From Candidatus Nanosynbacter lyticus (GTDB lineage Bacteria > Patescibacteriota > Saccharimonadia > Saccharimonadales > Saccharimonadaceae), in contig NZ_CP007496.1 in assembly GCF_000803625.1 (NCBI RefSeq), forward strand, positions 600,001 through 632,000: 32,000 nucleotides of DNA, given 5' to 3'. Below the pieces are notes generated by a model. The model had not been told where the DNA came from. It saw only the letters and a list, made by a program, of their open reading frames with translations, and ran no database searches. The position numbers and the translations under genes were made by a program. Every line of letters starts with the position of its first letter. Position 1 is the first letter of the stretch. Below, piece after piece: positions 1 to 7,888 of this stretch.

Positions 1-1
1 T

Positions 2-361
2 TTATTTTGGCAGTATATGCGACCAGTGGAGACAAACAATCAACCAAATAAAACCGTGGCAGCAACACTAGCGAAGCACTTCGGCTCGGTGAAAGCATTT
101 CAAGAAGCTTTTACTAAGGCGGCTACGGGGCATTTTGGATCAGGCTGGGCGTGGTTAGTGCGAGATGATAGCGGCGTACTGTCGATTATGTCAACTGCAA
201 ATCAAGACAATCCCATTACTCACGGCCTAGTGCCGCTACTCGGACTTGACGTCTGGGAACATGCTTATTATCTACGTTATCAAAACCGCCGCGCCGAATA
301 TGTCGACGTCTGGTGGTCGGTAGTAGACTGGAATCGCCTGGCCGATACTATTACAACATAG
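2..361 (+). CDS. sodA: Mn-type superoxide dismutase (Fe/Mn SOD family), C-terminal part; the 5' end lies upstream of the window
   Basis: The frame is open from nt 2. SOD C-terminal domain motifs [17 protein letters not shown] and STANQDNP are present; Gln at the ANQD position is the Mn-SOD pattern (compare E. coli SodA STANQDSP). Stop TAG at 359-361. Confidence 0.9.
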   Translation, partial: LFWQYMRPVETNNQPNKTVAATLAKHFGSVKAFQEAFTKAATGHFGSGWAWLVRDDSGVLSIMSTANQDNPITHGLVPLLGLDVWEHAYYLRYQNRRAEYVDVWWSVVDWNRLADTITT

Positions 362-391
362 TGACGTAAATCAGCGGCTACAATTCATAAA

Positions 392-424
392 AATACCGCC
401 CCATTATTAGAGCGGTATTTTTTC
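392..424. terminator. Intrinsic terminator hairpin between convergent sodA and dnaK
   Basis: Stem AATACCGC (392-399) pairs with GCGGTATT (412-419) around a 12-nt loop and is followed by a T-run to 424. An A-run on the other side makes it usable from both strands. Confidence 0.75.
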
Positions 425-438
425 ATTGGCAGCGAGGA

Positions 439-2331
439 CTACTTCTTATCAACCACCTCGCCTTCGACTGGTTCGTCTTTGTCAGATTTTTTGTCGTCCT
501 TAGACTCATCAGTCTTGCTTTCCTCAGCGGATTGCTGGTACATTTTGGCACCGATTGGAATAATGGCGTCCTGCAAGGCCTTAGCTGCTGCTTCCAGCTC
601 GTCTTTGTCATCAGCGTCTTTATGCTTTTCCGCTTCCTTGACTGCTTCGTCAATCGCCTTTTTGTCGTCGTCAGAAATCTTATCTTTGAACTCATCCGGC
701 ATTTTCTTTGCCTGGTAGATGGCGTTTTCTAGCTGATTTTTAGCATCAACGGTTTCACGCTTTTTCTTATCTTCATCAGCGTGCAACTCAGCTTCTTTCT
801 GGGCTTTTTCAATATCTTCCTTACTCATGTTGCCAGAGTTTTGGATGGTAATCGATTGCTCCTTGCCAGTGCCCTTGTCCTTGGCAGTAACGTTGAGGAT
901 ACCATTCGCGTCGATATTGAACGTCACTTCAATCTGCGGCACGCCGCGCGGTGCTGGCGCGATACCGTCAAGCACGAAGCGACCCAAACTCTTGTTGTCA
1001 TTAGCGAATTCGCGCTCACCCTGCAAGACGTGGATCTCCACTTGCGGCTGATTGTCGGCAGCCGTCGAGAAGACTTCCGACTTACTGGTTGGTACGGTGG
1101 TATTGCGCTCGATCAGCTTGGTCGACACCCCACCCATTGTCTCAATACCAAGACTCAACGGCGTCACATCCAGCAGCAGCACGTCCTTGACGTCGCCTGC
1201 CAACACGCCGCCTTGAATAGCTGCACCGACAGCCACCACTTCGTCCGGGTTAACACCTTGCATTGGATCTTTACCGAACAACTTCTTCACTCGCTCAACC
1301 ACTGCTGGCATCCGGGTCATACCGCCAACCATAACGATTTCATTAACGTCAGATTTGGATAGTTTAGCGTCTTTGAGCGCCTTTTCGACTGGTATATCCA
1401 GGCGATCCAGCAAATCTTTTACCAAATCTTCCAACTTAGCCCGCGTCAGGCTCAGCTCAAAGTGCTTTGGCCCATCAGCATCAGCGGTAATGAACGGAAT
1501 GTTAACTTCATATTCAGTGACTGTCGACAGCTCCTTTTTGGCCTTTTCAGCTTCGTCCTTTAGTCGCTGCATGGCCGCATTGTCTTTGCGCAGGTCAATG
1601 CCTTCTTTAGACTTAAAGTCATCCAGGAAGTAGTTGACGATGACATTGTCAAAGTCCTCACCGCCCAGGTGGGTGTCGCCATTCGTCGCCTTCACCTCAA
1701 ACACGCCATCGCCGAGTTCCAAGATGGAAACGTCGAAGGTACCACCACCAAGGTCAAACACCACGATGGTTTCGTCATTTTTACCTTTTTCCAGACCGTA
1801 CGCCAGAGCAGCGGCCGTTGGCTCATTGATGATGCGCTTAACTTCCAGGCCAGCGATTTTACCAGCGTCTTTGGTTGCTTGACGCTGAGAATCGTCAAAG
1901 TAGGCTGGCACGGTGATAACCGCTTCAGTAACTTTTTCACCCAAGAATGCTTCAGCATCAGCCTTGATTTTGCTGAGGATCATGGCTGAAACTTCTTCTG
2001 GCGTGTATTCTTTGTCGCCCATTTCCACGGCCACACCAGTACCTTTTTTAACAATCTGGTACGGCATGATATCGAGGTCTTTCTGGACTTCCTTGTCAGT
2101 AAACTTACGACCAATCAAACGCTTGACACCGTAAATTGTATTCTTTGGATTGGTTACACGTTGGCGCTGTGCCACTTGCCCAACCAAGCGTTCACCCTTT
2201 TTATTAATCGCCACCACTGATGGCGTGGTACGGTTACCTTCGGCGTTAGCGATAACTTCTGGCTTACCTGCCAGCATGTACGCAAAGGCGCTATTCGTCG
2301 TACCGAGGTCAATTCCGATAATTTTACCCAT
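439..2331 (-). CDS. dnaK: Chaperone DnaK (Hsp70)
   Basis: Begins [14 protein letters not shown]; contains DLGGGTFD and the full Hsp70 architecture with an acidic/Lys-rich tail. I moved the start to ATG 2331 because an AAAGGGG Shine-Dalgarno lies 7 nt upstream; the ORF-track start at 2379 adds 16 non-homologous residues. Confidence 0.97.
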   Translation of the reverse strand: MGKIIGIDLGTTNSAFAYMLAGKPEVIANAEGNRTTPSVVAINKKGERLVGQVAQRQRVTNPKNTIYGVKRLIGRKFTDKEVQKDLDIMPYQIVKKGTGVAVEMGDKEYTPEEVSAMILSKIKADAEAFLGEKVTEAVITVPAYFDDSQRQATKDAGKIAGLEVKRIINEPTAAALAYGLEKGKNDETIVVFDLGGGTFDVSILELGDGVFEVKATNGDTHLGGEDFDNVIVNYFLDDFKSKEGIDLRKDNAAMQRLKDEAEKAKKELSTVTEYEVNIPFITADADGPKHFELSLTRAKLEDLVKDLLDRLDIPVEKALKDAKLSKSDVNEIVMVGGMTRMPAVVERVKKLFGKDPMQGVNPDEVVAVGAAIQGGVLAGDVKDVLLLDVTPLSLGIETMGGVSTKLIERNTTVPTSKSEVFSTAADNQPQVEIHVLQGEREFANDNKSLGRFVLDGIAPAPRGVPQIEVTFNIDANGILNVTAKDKGTGKEQSITIQNSGNMSKEDIEKAQKEAELHADEDKKKRETVDAKNQLENAIYQAKKMPDEFKDKISDDDKKAIDEAVKEAEKHKDADDKDELEAAAKALQDAIIPIGAKMYQQSAEESKTDESKDDKKSDKDEPVEGEVVDKK

Positions 2332-2380
2332 ATGATTCCCCTTTCTATTATGATCACATCTGGTTTTTCTTATATCCATT

Positions 2381-2407
2381 TTAGCACTCTTTTATGTCGA
2401 GTGCCAA
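2381..2407 (-). promoter_or_regulatory. CIRCE operator (HrcA binding site), dnaK-proximal, predicted at the 5' end of the dnaK transcript
   Basis: TTAGCACTC-N9-GAGTGCCAA against the CIRCE consensus TTAGCACTC-N9-GAGTGCTAA (one mismatch). Confidence 0.9.
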
Positions 2408-2414
2408 CTATTTC

Positions 2415-2443
2415 AGTATAAATAATTAGCACTCCCGTGTCAA
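2415..2443 (-). promoter_or_regulatory. Sigma-70-type promoter for dnaK
   Basis: The minus strand reads TTGACA (2443-2438), a 17-nt spacer, then TATACT (2420-2415). The -35 lies inside the spacer of the upstream CIRCE. Confidence 0.7.
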
Positions 2444-2452
2444 GAGTGCTAA
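2426..2452 (-). promoter_or_regulatory. CIRCE operator overlapping the dnaK promoter
   Basis: TTAGCACTC-N9-GAGTGCTAA is a perfect consensus inverted repeat. Confidence 0.92.
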
Positions 2453-2471
2453 TTCATTTTGTGACGACTAG

Positions 2472-2996
2472 TTATTTCTCTGATATGTCAGTATTTTCTT
2501 TGACATTCGTATGCGGCAGTTCCAATGACTGACGCGTAACTTTAACCATCGAATCACGAATAACGGAGCCATTCAGCGTATAGCCAGCTCGCAACTCCTC
2601 AGCAATCACTTCTTTATCACCTTCTGCCTCTTCGTCAAATTGAACCGCCTGATGTAATTCAGGATTAAACGGCGCACCAGGTTTAGCGTTAATTTTCTCG
2701 AGGCCGATTTCTTTGAGCTGTTTGTCGAGCTGCTTACTTAGACCAGCCACACCTTTCGCCCAAGCATTATCTGCTAATTCTTCTGGGACATTGGCAGTCG
2801 CCCGCTCAATCGTATCAATCACTGGTAATAGTTTCATCACCGACTTGGCCTGACCCATGTTGTGCGCTGACTGTTTTTCTGCCTCGACACGCTTGCGATA
2901 GTTCTCGAAATCCGCTCGCGTCCGCTGCAAATCTAGCGTCAGTTCACCCAATTGCTGCTCTAAATCTTCAGTTTTCTTAGTCTTACTTTTCGTCAT
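2472..2996 (-). CDS. grpE: Nucleotide exchange factor GrpE
   Basis: The GrpE coiled-coil motif RTRADFENYRKRVEAEK is present, with an AGGAGG Shine-Dalgarno 5 nt upstream of ATG 2996. The gene sits between hrcA and dnaK. Confidence 0.93.
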   Translation of the reverse strand: MTKSKTKKTEDLEQQLGELTLDLQRTRADFENYRKRVEAEKQSAHNMGQAKSVMKLLPVIDTIERATANVPEELADNAWAKGVAGLSKQLDKQLKEIGLEKINAKPGAPFNPELHQAVQFDEEAEGDKEVIAEELRAGYTLNGSVIRDSMVKVTRQSLELPHTNVKENTDISEK

Positions 2997-3005
2997 TTTT
3001 TCCTC

Positions 3006-3716
3006 CTACAACATTTCCTCCAGCATAGCGCCAGTTCGGCGCACCAGCTCCATCGTTCGACGGTAATTCTGCCGCGTCGGACCAATCACGCCGATGTAAC
3101 TATTATTACTAAACTGTGAACAAAACCTACTAATAATCAACGTCGCACCGGAACTTTTACCAATCGGGTTTTCGCTGCCGATAAATACATTCAACGGCTC
3201 ATTTGGCACCGCTTCACGTAGCCACCGCTCGATATTATCAATCAGCCGAGCAATCGCTTGCACGTGTCCGCCCTCGATAAATTCCGGTTGACTAAACAAC
3301 TGCGTCATACCATTCATATACAAATGTTCACCAAACGACGCAAAGCCGAAATTGCCCGTCAACTCCACCAGACTATCAACCGCACTGCGGATGGCTCGGT
3401 CAGACTTATCAACATGCGAGTTAACGTGCGCTTCGATCGCTCTCGCACTGCGATCGATGCCGCTTGGTAATTCTGTCATCTGAGCGTCAGTGATGCCATT
3501 GACATACACGCGGTATCCTTTATCCGTGGGAATTCGACCGGCGCTGGTGTGCGGCGCCTCAATAAAACCCATCTCTTCCAGCTTGGCCATTTCGCTACGG
3601 ATAGTAGCACTGGACACGCCGAATAATTTGGCTAACGTGACGCTACCAACTGGCGCGGCAATTTCCGCATATTGCTCAATAATCGCGACAAGAATCGCCT
3701 GTTGACGTTCGGTCAT
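3006..3716 (-). CDS. hrcA: Heat-inducible transcription repressor HrcA
   Basis: [16 protein letters not shown]...PVGS...[19 protein letters not shown] aligns from residue 1 with B. subtilis HrcA (MLTNRQLLIL...). Alternative upstream starts (ATG 3734, GTG 3743) would put the CIRCE and the -10 box inside the coding region. Confidence 0.88.
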   Translation of the reverse strand: MTERQQAILVAIIEQYAEIAAPVGSVTLAKLFGVSSATIRSEMAKLEEMGFIEAPHTSAGRIPTDKGYRVYVNGITDAQMTELPSGIDRSARAIEAHVNSHVDKSDRAIRSAVDSLVELTGNFGFASFGEHLYMNGMTQLFSQPEFIEGGHVQAIARLIDNIERWLREAVPNEPLNVFIGSENPIGKSSGATLIISRFCSQFSNNSYIGVIGPTRQNYRRTMELVRRTGAMLEEML

Positions 3717-3722
3717 GACCTG

Positions 3723-3751
3723 ATTATAACTCATACTTGGCACTCATACAA
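3723..3751 (-). promoter_or_regulatory. Putative hrcA promoter; predicts a leaderless hrcA mRNA
   Basis: The minus strand reads TTGTAT (3751-3746), a 17-nt spacer, TATAAT (3728-3723), then 6 nt (CAGGTC) and ATG 3716. The -35 lies in the CIRCE spacer. Confidence 0.55.
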
Positions 3752-3763
3752 GTAGAGTGCTAG
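3737..3763 (-). promoter_or_regulatory. CIRCE operator upstream of hrcA
   Basis: TTGGCACTC-N9-GAGTGCTAG has two mismatches to the CIRCE consensus with the inverted repeat preserved. Confidence 0.85.
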
Positions 3764-3773
3764 AGTTTTAGTC

Positions 3774-5141
3774 CTATCGTCGCTCCGTAAAATAGCGCGC
3801 CGCATCTGAGGAAAACAGCATCATAATCATGATATGTACGCCGATTGAAGTTAGCAATAATACAGCTGAAGCATTAATCCTTCCGGTCGTCACCGACAAT
3901 GATTCAGTAATAATAGCAAGCATTGCCACCGCCAATAGTGAGATGCGCGCTCGATTACTACCCCGAAGCAGTAGCCCAACCAAGATAAACTCCACGATCA
4001 CCAATAGAATATTCAAGACGGCCATGATTGATAATGCCGTGTTGGCCAGATTGATGTCGATCTGCTCAATATTCGTAACCACCGCCAAGGTTTCCGTCCA
4101 GCTAGAAATATCAACCAAGGTTTGACCGACAGCAAACAGCGACGCCAATATCATCAAAACACTGCCAATCAAAATCTGCGGCGGCCGACGACTCCACAGC
4201 TCTTCCAGTAGCGTTTCGTGGTTGCGAGGACAGCGGTCATGAATTGTACCGTCCATAATAATCCCAAAACGCTTCAAGGTGGCAATAGGCTTATCAATCC
4301 TGACACGACCAACCTCCAGAATAGGCAAATCACCGTCAGTACGAATCAAATCACCGCTCCCATTACGCGAATGATAGCCTGTCGAAAAATCTTTCAAAAC
4401 TGTTACACGAATATACTTTTCGCTTTTTTTAACAGATTCGATAATGTAGTCTCTTTCAATATCAATATCTTCGTCAATTTTATGCGTCAACTGAAAGGTA
4501 AACAACGACAATCCGACACTTTTATCGTAAGAGCCAGCCGCCAACCAATCCACCCGATGACCACCCGGTAGCAGCCAACCATCTGGACAACGCCAGAATC
4601 GCACATGATGACGACGCCTTGGATTGCCATCAACTTCTTGTTGGTAAGCAAAATCTTGTCGCCGCCCAAACAAAAAAGCTGGCGAGACTGGGGCGTTAGG
4701 ATAACTACGCCCGCTTAATACGGTAAGGACCATCTTCCAAGCAGATCGCGGCGTAATGTCATCGGCCAGCACCCAGCCAGCCGCAGTCATAGCCTTATGC
4801 AACTTCTCTTCAGACCCACGCACACTCAGGTTGATAGGGTCGCTTAATATGCCGTCGGCAGTTCGGGTTCTACCAATAAAATAATTTGGCACATACATAT
4901 TGCTCAATATTCTATGTAGACGTGGCAGCGCCAGATAAGAAACAATTGCCCAAACCACAAAAAATAGACCAACCAGCCACCAGCCGCCCGTCGCCAAGCC
5001 CTCCCTAAACACCAGCCAGGCTAACCAAAACGACGCCAAGCCAGCAAAAATGAAAAACGATTGATCTAGCAGTATGGTGATGGTTTTTGATGACTGAGAG
5101 CCAATAGCTGCTATTTTCTTTGGGGTTTTTATTGAACTCAT
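3774..5141 (-). CDS. LssY C-terminal-domain membrane protein (N-terminal TM pair, LssY_C-like core, C-terminal multi-TM region)
   Basis: The core DPINLSVRGSEEKLHKAMTAAGWVLADDITPRS...NPRRRHHVRFWRC matches my recollection of the LssY_C family pattern (PxNxxxxG...aGWxxAD...RHHxRxW). Hydrophobic segments lie at both ends. Confidence 0.65.
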   Translation of the reverse strand: MSSIKTPKKIAAIGSQSSKTITILLDQSFFIFAGLASFWLAWLVFREGLATGGWWLVGLFFVVWAIVSYLALPRLHRILSNMYVPNYFIGRTRTADGILSDPINLSVRGSEEKLHKAMTAAGWVLADDITPRSAWKMVLTVLSGRSYPNAPVSPAFLFGRRQDFAYQQEVDGNPRRRHHVRFWRCPDGWLLPGGHRVDWLAAGSYDKSVGLSLFTFQLTHKIDEDIDIERDYIIESVKKSEKYIRVTVLKDFSTGYHSRNGSGDLIRTDGDLPILEVGRVRIDKPIATLKRFGIIMDGTIHDRCPRNHETLLEELWSRRPPQILIGSVLMILASLFAVGQTLVDISSWTETLAVVTNIEQIDINLANTALSIMAVLNILLVIVEFILVGLLLRGSNRARISLLAVAMLAIITESLSVTTGRINASAVLLLTSIGVHIMIMMLFSSDAARYFTERR

Positions 5142-5848
5142 ATCTTAATTATATCATTGAGAAGACCCCGGGCCGCCAAACGAGCTTCGTCGTCCTGGCG
5201 CTTAAAAATATCACCCCGTAAAATAATTTCTTCGGTCACCCGAACAGCCCTATCCAAATCGTCATTGATAATCACGTGGTAATATGGCACCTCTAGCGCA
5301 TAAGTTAGTTCACTAATCGCCGACTGGCGGCGTTTTGGCCATTCGACTTGAAAATCCTCCTCGGTGGCGTAGCGTTTTTTGAGCCGCTCAATCCAAGTTT
5401 GATAATCTGGTGGCACAATAAAAATCGCGATACTCTCTGGAGCTAATCGCTCATATTCTTCCACGCCCTGCACGTCAACGTCAGTAATTGCTACACGATT
5501 CTGATCATGTGCTAATTTTAGCTCAGCCACTGACGTGCCATAAACTGTGCCGTGTACAAACTTAGCTTCAATAAATTCATTATTTTGTAGCATTTCCTCA
5601 GCTATTTTTTGATCAATAAAATGATAGTCGACGCCGTCCTGCTCGATAGATCCATTATTAACCCGCGGCGGACGCGTGGTGTGCGAAACGATGTCGCGAA
5701 ATTCCGGCAGCTTTAATAATCGTTTTTTTATCGTATCCTTACCAGCGCCAGAAATTCCCGCCAGCAGCGCAATCTTTGTGTCCCGCACTAACTGGATAGT
5801 TGATTCGGCTGGCTGATAATTGGTGATTAAACTTTCAATCTCAGACAT
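5138..5848 (-). CDS. gmk: Guanylate kinase-like protein
   Basis: P-loop GISGAGKDT and the guanylate-kinase signature SHTTRPPR...DGVDYHFI are present. A 4-nt ATGA overlap links it to the downstream LssY-like gene. Confidence 0.8.
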   Translation of the reverse strand: MSEIESLITNYQPAESTIQLVRDTKIALLAGISGAGKDTIKKRLLKLPEFRDIVSHTTRPPRVNNGSIEQDGVDYHFIDQKIAEEMLQNNEFIEAKFVHGTVYGTSVAELKLAHDQNRVAITDVDVQGVEEYERLAPESIAIFIVPPDYQTWIERLKKRYATEEDFQVEWPKRRQSAISELTYALEVPYYHVIINDDLDRAVRVTEEIILRGDIFKRQDDEARLAARGLLNDIIKI

Positions 5849-5930
5849 AATATTTATTTATGATAACTCATCCAACACCAATTGCCAATCAGGAAATTAA
5901 CCACCCACCAAATCAATTTCTATATAGGAA

Positions 5931-6893
5931 CTAATCCCTCTTCAACATCACCGTAAACGCTTCACTCGGAATGTCAACCTTGCCGAAGCGTTTCATGCGC
6001 TTTTTGCCGCGAGCCTGCTTGGCGAGGAGCTTCTTTTTGCGGCTGACGTCGCCGCCGTACAGATAGCCAGTAACGTCCTTACGGTAAGCACCAATGTTTT
6101 CACGGGCAATGAATCTGCCACCAATTGCCGCCTGCAACGCCACTTCAAAACTCTGACGCGGTACCACTTCTTTGAGTTTTTTGACAATCTCGCGGCCCAA
6201 GCCTGGCGCCTCCGAGCGATGGCACATCACGCTCAGCGCATCAACCATCTCGCCCGCCACATAAAAATCCACCCGCACCAAATCTTCCGGCTGATAGCCC
6301 GCCAGCTCATAATTAAATGAACCATAACCGCTGGTCACCGACTTCAATTGATCATAAAAATCCGTCAGCAAATTGGCCAGCGGTGCCGTAAAGGAAATCA
6401 GCGCCCGCTCATCGATGTAACTGAGATTTTTCTGCCGACCACGCTTGGCGACAATCAGCTGAATCACCGCACCGATATAGTCCTGCGGCACCACAATTTC
6501 GCCGTCAATCCACGGCTCGCGGACCTCAGTAATTTGTGCTGGGTCAGGTAACTCGCTGGCTGATTTAATATCCAGCTCCTCACCGTTCGTCAAACTAACT
6601 TGATAATCAGTACTCGGATTGGTGACAATGAGATCCAAATTATATTCGCGCTCCAGCCGCTCACGAATGATGTCCATATGAAGTAGCCCAAGAAAACCGA
6701 TCCGCACGCCGTAGCCCAGCACTGGCGAATTTTCCGGCTCAAACTGCAGCGCCGAATCGCTCAGGCTCAACTTTTCAATCGCCTCTTTAAGGTCATTATA
6801 ATCTTCGTTAGACACCGGGAAAAAGCCCGCATAGACAAAGGGCTTGACTTCTTTGTAGCCAGGGAGGGGCTGGATGACGATATTTTCAGTCAT
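5931..6893 (-). CDS. lepA: Elongation factor 4 (LepA), C-terminal fragment (domains III, V and the LepA-specific C-terminal domain) as a separate ORF
   Basis: MTENIVIQPLPGYKEVKPFVYAGFFPVS...GFLGLLHMDIIRERLEREYNLDL...YGGDVSRKKKLLAKQARGKKRMK is collinear with E. coli LepA from about residue 285 to the end. It has its own ATG 6893, with TATAAT (6910-6905) 11 nt upstream. Confidence 0.9.
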   Translation of the reverse strand: MTENIVIQPLPGYKEVKPFVYAGFFPVSNEDYNDLKEAIEKLSLSDSALQFEPENSPVLGYGVRIGFLGLLHMDIIRERLEREYNLDLIVTNPSTDYQVSLTNGEELDIKSASELPDPAQITEVREPWIDGEIVVPQDYIGAVIQLIVAKRGRQKNLSYIDERALISFTAPLANLLTDFYDQLKSVTSGYGSFNYELAGYQPEDLVRVDFYVAGEMVDALSVMCHRSEAPGLGREIVKKLKEVVPRQSFEVALQAAIGGRFIARENIGAYRKDVTGYLYGGDVSRKKKLLAKQARGKKRMKRFGKVDIPSEAFTVMLKRD

Positions 6894-7005
6894 AACTATG
6901 TGTTATTATATCAGCTCAGCGTTTTTATATAAACGCACAGTAAATCGCTTCTTGCACGCCTACTTATTCTCGGTAAATTATTCCTTGCGCATACTGCGGA
7001 CTAAT

Positions 7006-7476
7006 TTATAAATTCTCAAAAATCTTATGAGCTTGATTCTTGCCAATAGTCTGAATCAATTCAGCGTAGCCCATCCACCGACCACGTTTTGTCTTGTCAC
7101 GACGACAATCCTTCTCGTCAGTGATATCGCCCTTAACTATCGCATCAACATTACGCCAAGCAGTCCAAGGCATGTTATCGCTCAAAAAGCTATAATCTAA
7201 ATGAACATGATTTTCGTTGACTAGCTTATAATCTGACGATGAAAATCCGCGTGCATACAACTCGCGGAGAATAACGTCTGCCAGCTCGACAAAATTGTCA
7301 GCCGTAACGTATAAAAAGTCATCATATTCCTCACCGAGTTCGTATGATCGTCCATTTATAAAAGCACAATACAAATCATCATCGACAACTTTTTCATCCA
7401 GCCACACGCGGCGGTCGCGTGTTATCGGAATTACGCGGCATCTAATTTTCTCTGTAAAGTTTTTGAAGTTACTCAT
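7006..7476 (-). CDS. Hypothetical protein (156 aa) inside the lepA insertion
   Basis: The ORF is intact but I recognise no motif and see no convincing Shine-Dalgarno. The start could be ATG 7476 or TTG 7500. The sequence is AT-rich compared with flanking lepA. Confidence 0.5.
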   Translation of the reverse strand: MSNFKNFTEKIRCRVIPITRDRRVWLDEKVVDDDLYCAFINGRSYELGEEYDDFLYVTADNFVELADVILRELYARGFSSSDYKLVNENHVHLDYSFLSDNMPWTAWRNVDAIVKGDITDEKDCRRDKTKRGRWMGYAELIQTIGKNQAHKIFENL

Positions 7477-7551
7477 AATTGCTAACAACAGATATATCAA
7501 TACCTATTTCGTGCATTTTATTACATCTGTACCTTTCAATAATAGTATATA

Positions 7552-7866
7552 TTATTTCCACTGCCGCGTCTGGTTGATCTTGTGCTTCTCAAAATATACT
7601 TCCGCCAAATTGACGTCAAACCGATTTGCCAATTCCATCAAATAATTCAACACGTCCGCAAACTCCTCGCGCAGATTATCGTGATTGTCAGGCTTTTTCT
7701 TGCCCTTAAATCTCGTCTCTTTGCGAATTGCTTTCGCCAACTCGCCAACTTCCTCGGTAAACAATAAGAATACTTCGGTAACAGAATTTTTATACCATCC
7801 TTTTTATTTACACGTTTGATCGAGGTGTTTTTGTAATTCAGTTAAGCTGATTATTTGCGAGCTCGT
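7552..7866 (-). pseudogene. MazG-like nucleotide pyrophosphohydrolase, apparently decayed
   Basis: The single reading frame gives ...ISLTELQKHLDQTCK*KGWYKNSVTEVFLLFTEEVGELAKAIRK...EEFADVLNYLMELA, the MazG EExGE...E/D-xx-D pattern, interrupted by an in-frame TAA at 7806-7804. An AAGGAG Shine-Dalgarno (7878-7873) is followed at the ideal 6-nt spacing by ACG (7866-7864) rather than ATG. Only a 70-aa TTG-initiated remnant (7764-7552) stays open. Confidence 0.6.
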
Positions 7867-7888
7867 AGCTTTCTCCTTATTGCTAATT

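Noticed and set aside
423-2379. Numerous track ORFs antisense to or out of frame with dnaK (for example 479-718, 781-1362, 1355-1633, 1669-1989, 2150-2335).
   Set aside because: They lie entirely within the strongly supported dnaK frame. Their translations are low-complexity (Ser/Leu/Arg-rich) and they have no Shine-Dalgarno or promoter signals. These are shadow ORFs typical of moderately GC-rich coding DNA. The same reasoning applies to antisense ORFs inside hrcA, the LssY-like gene, lepA, murJ, ftsH, tilS, aspS and the GH5 gene.
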